DNA of 64,000 nucleotides, from IMG/VR virus record IMGVR_UViG_3300035698_026482, positions 32,001 to 96,000 of that record. One strand, written 5' to 3'. Below are positions 60,088 through 64,000 of this stretch, piece after piece. Under the pieces are notes generated by a model. It saw nothing but the letters and a program-made list of their open reading frames with translations. It did not search any database and was not told the DNA's origin. Numbering within the stretch: position 1 is the stretch's first letter; every line of letters begins with the position of its first letter. Origin of the DNA: a virus. Position numbers and translations under genes: made by a program.

Positions 60088-60476
60088 TAGCCTACCTCAA
60101 CAATACCGTGGCACTTATAATACGCTGTTCTTACGGCCCGCAAAGGCGAAAACGTATTAATATCGATTTGTTCAACAACGGCCTCTAGATTTACAAGCTT
60201 AAGCTTGAGCGTTTTGCCGGTCGCTTCTTTAAATTGCTTTTTGACCTCCTTGAGATAGGCGTCAATCGCTTGTTCGCCGACGGCGCGCTGTTGTTGTAAA
60301 TGAGTTTGATGTAGATTGCCTTGATACGTGACAACTGTCGTGTACGTAATAAGAGCTGCTTCATCATCAGCCAACCTCATTTTGACGGACATTGTAGGCG
60401 TAGGGTTCGTCGAGCTGCGCCCCCAAGTCGTATCAAGGATTTGTCCTAATGCGTTTGTTTCTTCGAATGACAACAT
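60087..60476 (-). CDS. hypothetical protein
   Basis: 129 aa, coupled to terminase, ATACTTA motif upstream. Confidence 0.7.
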   Translation of the reverse strand: MLSFEETNALGQILDTTWGRSSTNPTPTMSVKMRLADDEAALITYTTVVTYQGNLHQTHLQQQRAVGEQAIDAYLKEVKKQFKEATGKTLKLKLVNLEAVVEQIDINTFSPLRAVRTAYYKCHGIVEVG

Positions 60477-60527
60477 CTGGTGTAACCTTCGTTGTCAATA
60501 AGTATCAAGTTTTTAGCAGTACGTACA

Positions 60528-60794
60528 TTATATCATTCCTAGCGCTTGAAGAACTGTCAGCACGTGTTCGTCTGTAGGCCTTTTGCCTTCATGCCATCTT
60601 GCTTCGGCAATCGCACCTCTAACAAACATATCTTTGCACCATGTGCAACAAGACCACGAATTAAAGGTCGCAAGATCTTCACGTGTTCCCATAACAAATT
60701 TGCACACAGGACAAGCTATCGGAATGCATTCACCGACATTCGCTGGTGTAACAACGATATATCCGTCGCATTTTTCAATTTTACGGTCTGTCAT
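60528..60794 (-). CDS. small Zn-binding hypothetical protein
   Basis: CPVC...CCTWC. Confidence 0.6.
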   Translation of the reverse strand: MTDRKIEKCDGYIVVTPANVGECIPIACPVCKFVMGTREDLATFNSWSCCTWCKDMFVRGAIAEARWHEGKRPTDEHVLTVLQALGMI

Positions 60795-61071
60795 GTGTCA
60801 AACTTCTACTGCTAAATGCGCAAGCATAAAAAATATTGGTGTCGTAGTTTCGTCTAAATGAATGGCGCCCCATTTTATCAGGATTATGATATCGAAAGCA
60901 CCATCTAAGTGAGTCAACATTACGCGAAGTAAGTGCCTTAATTTTCTTCATGTGTCCGAAAAATCCAAGCGTATTCTGCGAAGATTCAACGTATGCATAA
61001 TCTTTTTCCCGCACCCACATAAGTGGCCATGGACGTGCGCTCGGGTGAGGCGCATTTCTTGCTTCAAACAT
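60781..61071 (-). CDS. small protein with FSSRS near the C-terminus (possible orphan member of the FSSR family)
   Basis: Ends CAFSSRSLTHDRP*; overlaps both neighbours. Confidence 0.5.
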   Translation of the reverse strand: MFEARNAPHPSARPWPLMWVREKDYAYVESSQNTLGFFGHMKKIKALTSRNVDSLRWCFRYHNPDKMGRHSFRRNYDTNIFYACAFSSRSLTHDRP

Positions 61072-64000
61072 GCGAAACCTTAGCGTCCTTGCCTATGCGA
61101 GCTATATCGATTACGTTGTCAACGACGTCCTTAAGCGTATCGATATGCGTGATGATAATAATATTCTTAAACCATTGTGTAAGTGATCTTAACAATTGAC
61201 CACACGCCTCGATATTATTATCATCAAGCTCGCTAAATCCCTCATCAATCATCAACATGTCTGTCTTCGGAAGGCTTGATACGTTGATTAGTGCAACGCG
61301 AATAGCGATTGATGCAACCATCTTCTCCATACCGCTACCTAGTTCGATAATACGACGACTATCGCCGTAATTGATGTAAACATCCATCGATGTAGAATCT
61401 TCAGGTAATTCAAGCTCGATTGTGAACTTTACAATGCCATTCAAAATCGAAGCAATTTCGTTATTGATAACAGGTACCATATGACGTAACAATTGAGACG
61501 GGATTCCCTTTTTCGAAGTAGCCTTAATTAATAATTCGTATGCTCGCCAAGATTTAGCAAGTTCAAGATATTCGATGTGCTCACGTTTCAATGTTGCGGT
61601 GAGCTCTTGTAGCTGTCCCAGTTTTTGAAGCTTTAATGAGCGTTCGCCGTCAAGATCATTAATAACAGATTCAATATCGTCAATATCGTCCTTCAATATT
61701 CTCTGATCATGCGAATATGTTGCACGTTCAGCCTTCTTGAATTTTTGTTCTATATCGGCCAAGGTGCCGCGTTCACGATCTAATGAAACTGAGATGTCGT
61801 TGTTATCACGTTCAATACTGTCTTGTTGATGTTGTAGACGAGCGAGCGATAGGTTATATTGATCCTCTTTTGCAATAATACGTCGATATCGCTTAAGCCG
61901 TAAAGCAGATCCGTCCTGCATTAGCGAATCAAATACGGTCTTCTTACCGCTGAGATCATTTAGTAGTTCATCAACGAGTTGTTGTAGATCAGGCAGGTCT
62001 AGTTTATCCTGATGTGAATCCTTAATGAATTTGCAGCTAGGAAAGCTATCACCACAAGGAACCTCAGCAAGTTTAAGTGTTGATTTGCGCTTACGATCCA
62101 GTCGCTGTTTTTGTTCGGTCAGACGTTGTTCAAGTGCGAAGATCCATTCAGACAGATCCTTGCGTTTTTCTTCACGCTCAAGATGCGATTTAAGTGAAAA
62201 ATTTTGCTTAACACGCGAAACAATTTCGATTCTGTGCTCGGCTGCTTCCACACGTTTTTCCAATGCGTCTAGCTGAATTACGCTTTGCTTCATTTTGCTT
62301 TCAAGTTCTGCAATGCGCAGCTTTTGTTTGCTAATATCAGCTTCCGTTACAAGCTCACCATCCCCAAATCCAGCAAGCTTTGTGCGCTTATCTTGTAACG
62401 TATTGCGAGATGTATTAAGCTCTGCTTCAAGTTCATGTATACGCGCTGCTGTATTTTGGGTTTCGTCGATAAGGCGGGTCTTCATGCCTTCCCAGTCACG
62501 CTCGGGCATGTCTTTGATTTTCCCCTTAAGCTCAAGCGAATCAGCTTTTACTTTTTCATGCATCCAATCAAAGATATACATGTCAAGAAAACGTGACAAA
62601 ATTGCCTTACGTTGCGAGGCGCCCTCTGAAATGAATGACTTGAGACCCCCTTGAACAGCGAGTGATGTCAACATGAAATCTTCTGGTGATCCAATCGACC
62701 GACGAATTCTCTTTTCTGTTTCGCGTCTTTGTGTACCATTAAGATTCACGTTGGCGTCTGGCTGATAAAAGTCTAATGACGTCGTCGAAGTAATCTGTCC
62801 CTTGCTTGTTGTTTGTTTGTTGGAGCTTCGCTTGATCTCATGTCGACGACCGTTGACAGTAAGCAATGCCGTCGCTTCACATGAATTCTTACGAATATTG
62901 ATAACGTGCTGGTTTTTCATTGGACCGCGATCGGTCGAGTTGAAAAGCGCATACATCATTGTTCCAATAATCGATGACTTGCCCATTGCGTTGGCAGCGA
63001 AAATGCCGGTGATACCAGATAACGACGCAAAATCGATTTCGTTGTCTTCGCCGTAAGCAAACGTATTGCTAAAATTTAATTTCTCTAGCGTCCATTTCGT
63101 ATGACGTGCTACATCATCGCTTGCGGCGCACTGCGTGATATATGAAGAGACAAATCGTTCTAAATCTTTCCACGTATCATCTGATATTTCGACATCATAA
63201 AAATCCCTAAGCAACTTCATATGTGTCTTGGGATCACGAAGATCATGAGACATCTCCATAACGATATTAGAGCGAGTTGATGTATAATCATCAATCACTT
63301 CAACCTTTGGAACAACTTCCTTGGCATTTTTATTATCACGAAGCTTCTGGCTTAGCGAGCGCCAGTCTGCTTGTGCAATTGTTCCATGCGATCGCACGCG
63401 AAATCGAACGCCATCAGGATATTGCTTTGCATCATCAATAAGTGCATCTACGTCGCCAGTCCAGTCAAGCGTTACAAATCTACTCGGGTTCGGAAGCGTG
63501 ATAAAATCAACAGTAAAATCATCTTTTGACTTGATTTGCCAGAATAAAAACCCGTGGTCTGGATCTTCTGCATAGTTTTGTTGAATAGTTGATCCGCAGT
63601 ACGCCAACCAAGGACGACGTTCACCGTCAATACAATCACGATATGCAAGAAATTGCATTTTATGAATGTCGCCAAGAAGGCCAAAGTCATAGTCTTCAAA
63701 AAAGTCGACGCCTACCTCACCCTTCAGTTCAAAATCAGCTTCAGTTTTAGATCCCCAAACACCGCCATGAAAGACAGCTAGATTAATTTCGCCAGGAACA
63801 GGCTTAACATCTGCCCAACCTTCTTCATCAAAACACGAAAAGACGCACCAGTTAAAGCCTGGTACTGTCGCAGGATATGTGCCAGAGTCCTTAAACAGTG
63901 TGATATTAGGATTGTTGATTAGCTTTAGAATTGGTGAAATAGCATCCTGACGTCCCTTATTCATAAGGTTACCGTCATGATTGCCTAATGTAACAACCAC
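61064..64000 (-). CDS. fused SbcD(Mre11)-SbcC(Rad50) / gp47-gp46 recombination nuclease, 5' end outside the window
   Basis: GNHD, VFHG, LGDIHK, YCGST.QQNYAED (phosphoesterase), then in the same frame AANAMGKS (Walker A), coiled coil with CGDSFPSC, GSGMEK, MLMIDEGF, IITH. Confidence 0.88.
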   Translation of the reverse strand: MVVTLGNHDGNLMNKGRQDAISPILKLINNPNITLFKDSGTYPATVPGFNWCVFSCFDEEGWADVKPVPGEINLAVFHGGVWGSKTEADFELKGEVGVDFFEDYDFGLLGDIHKMQFLAYRDCIDGERRPWLAYCGSTIQQNYAEDPDHGFLFWQIKSKDDFTVDFITLPNPSRFVTLDWTGDVDALIDDAKQYPDGVRFRVRSHGTIAQADWRSLSQKLRDNKNAKEVVPKVEVIDDYTSTRSNIVMEMSHDLRDPKTHMKLLRDFYDVEISDDTWKDLERFVSSYITQCAASDDVARHTKWTLEKLNFSNTFAYGEDNEIDFASLSGITGIFAANAMGKSSIIGTMMYALFNSTDRGPMKNQHVINIRKNSCEATALLTVNGRRHEIKRSSNKQTTSKGQITSTTSLDFYQPDANVNLNGTQRRETEKRIRRSIGSPEDFMLTSLAVQGGLKSFISEGASQRKAILSRFLDMYIFDWMHEKVKADSLELKGKIKDMPERDWEGMKTRLIDETQNTAARIHELEAELNTSRNTLQDKRTKLAGFGDGELVTEADISKQKLRIAELESKMKQSVIQLDALEKRVEAAEHRIEIVSRVKQNFSLKSHLEREEKRKDLSEWIFALEQRLTEQKQRLDRKRKSTLKLAEVPCGDSFPSCKFIKDSHQDKLDLPDLQQLVDELLNDLSGKKTVFDSLMQDGSALRLKRYRRIIAKEDQYNLSLARLQHQQDSIERDNNDISVSLDRERGTLADIEQKFKKAERATYSHDQRILKDDIDDIESVINDLDGERSLKLQKLGQLQELTATLKREHIEYLELAKSWRAYELLIKATSKKGIPSQLLRHMVPVINNEIASILNGIVKFTIELELPEDSTSMDVYINYGDSRRIIELGSGMEKMVASIAIRVALINVSSLPKTDMLMIDEGFSELDDNNIEACGQLLRSLTQWFKNIIIITHIDTLKDVVDNVIDIARIGKDAKVSHV

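Noticed and set aside
249-63699. Numerous plus-strand ORFs of 60-357 aa (e.g. 11871-12944, 11280-11831, 22121-22645)
   Set aside because: They are antisense shadows of long minus-strand genes, with no recognisable motifs
1-64000. tRNA, rRNA or CRISPR array
   Set aside because: None found by eye; intergenic gaps are short and contain no cloverleaf or regularly spaced repeats (tRNAscan-SE and a CRISPR finder would confirm)

Overview
A 64-kb segment of a large T4-like (myovirus) bacteriophage genome, almost entirely coded on the minus strand in the standard code. In transcription order it holds: a fused SbcD-SbcC (gp47/46-like) nuclease, the large terminase (1 intein), the portal (3 inteins), prohead protease, scaffold, major capsid protein, neck proteins, two tandem ~1000-aa tail sheaths, tail tube, hub chaperones, tape measure and baseplate genes, then a compact PolA, ClpP, an HD hydrolase and membrane proteins. 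Four free-standing homing-endonuclease-like genes are scattered through it. Two accessory arrays stand out. (1) At 18.9-23.2 kb, 12 tiny, mutually divergent, mostly translationally coupled ORFs all end in a conserved peptide F-S-S-R-[K/R] (one FISRK) written with different codons; this is the best candidate for an undescribed system. (2) At 25.4-30.3 kb, acidic ORFs share a leader M(K/R)xTxxxLRxIIREE..LxE that looks like a capsid-targeting, protease-cleaved signal. A 7-nt ATAN(T/G)TA motif precedes most late genes. A Myxococcota-style vWA lipoprotein hints at the host. All annotations come from motif recognition by eye; no database search was run.
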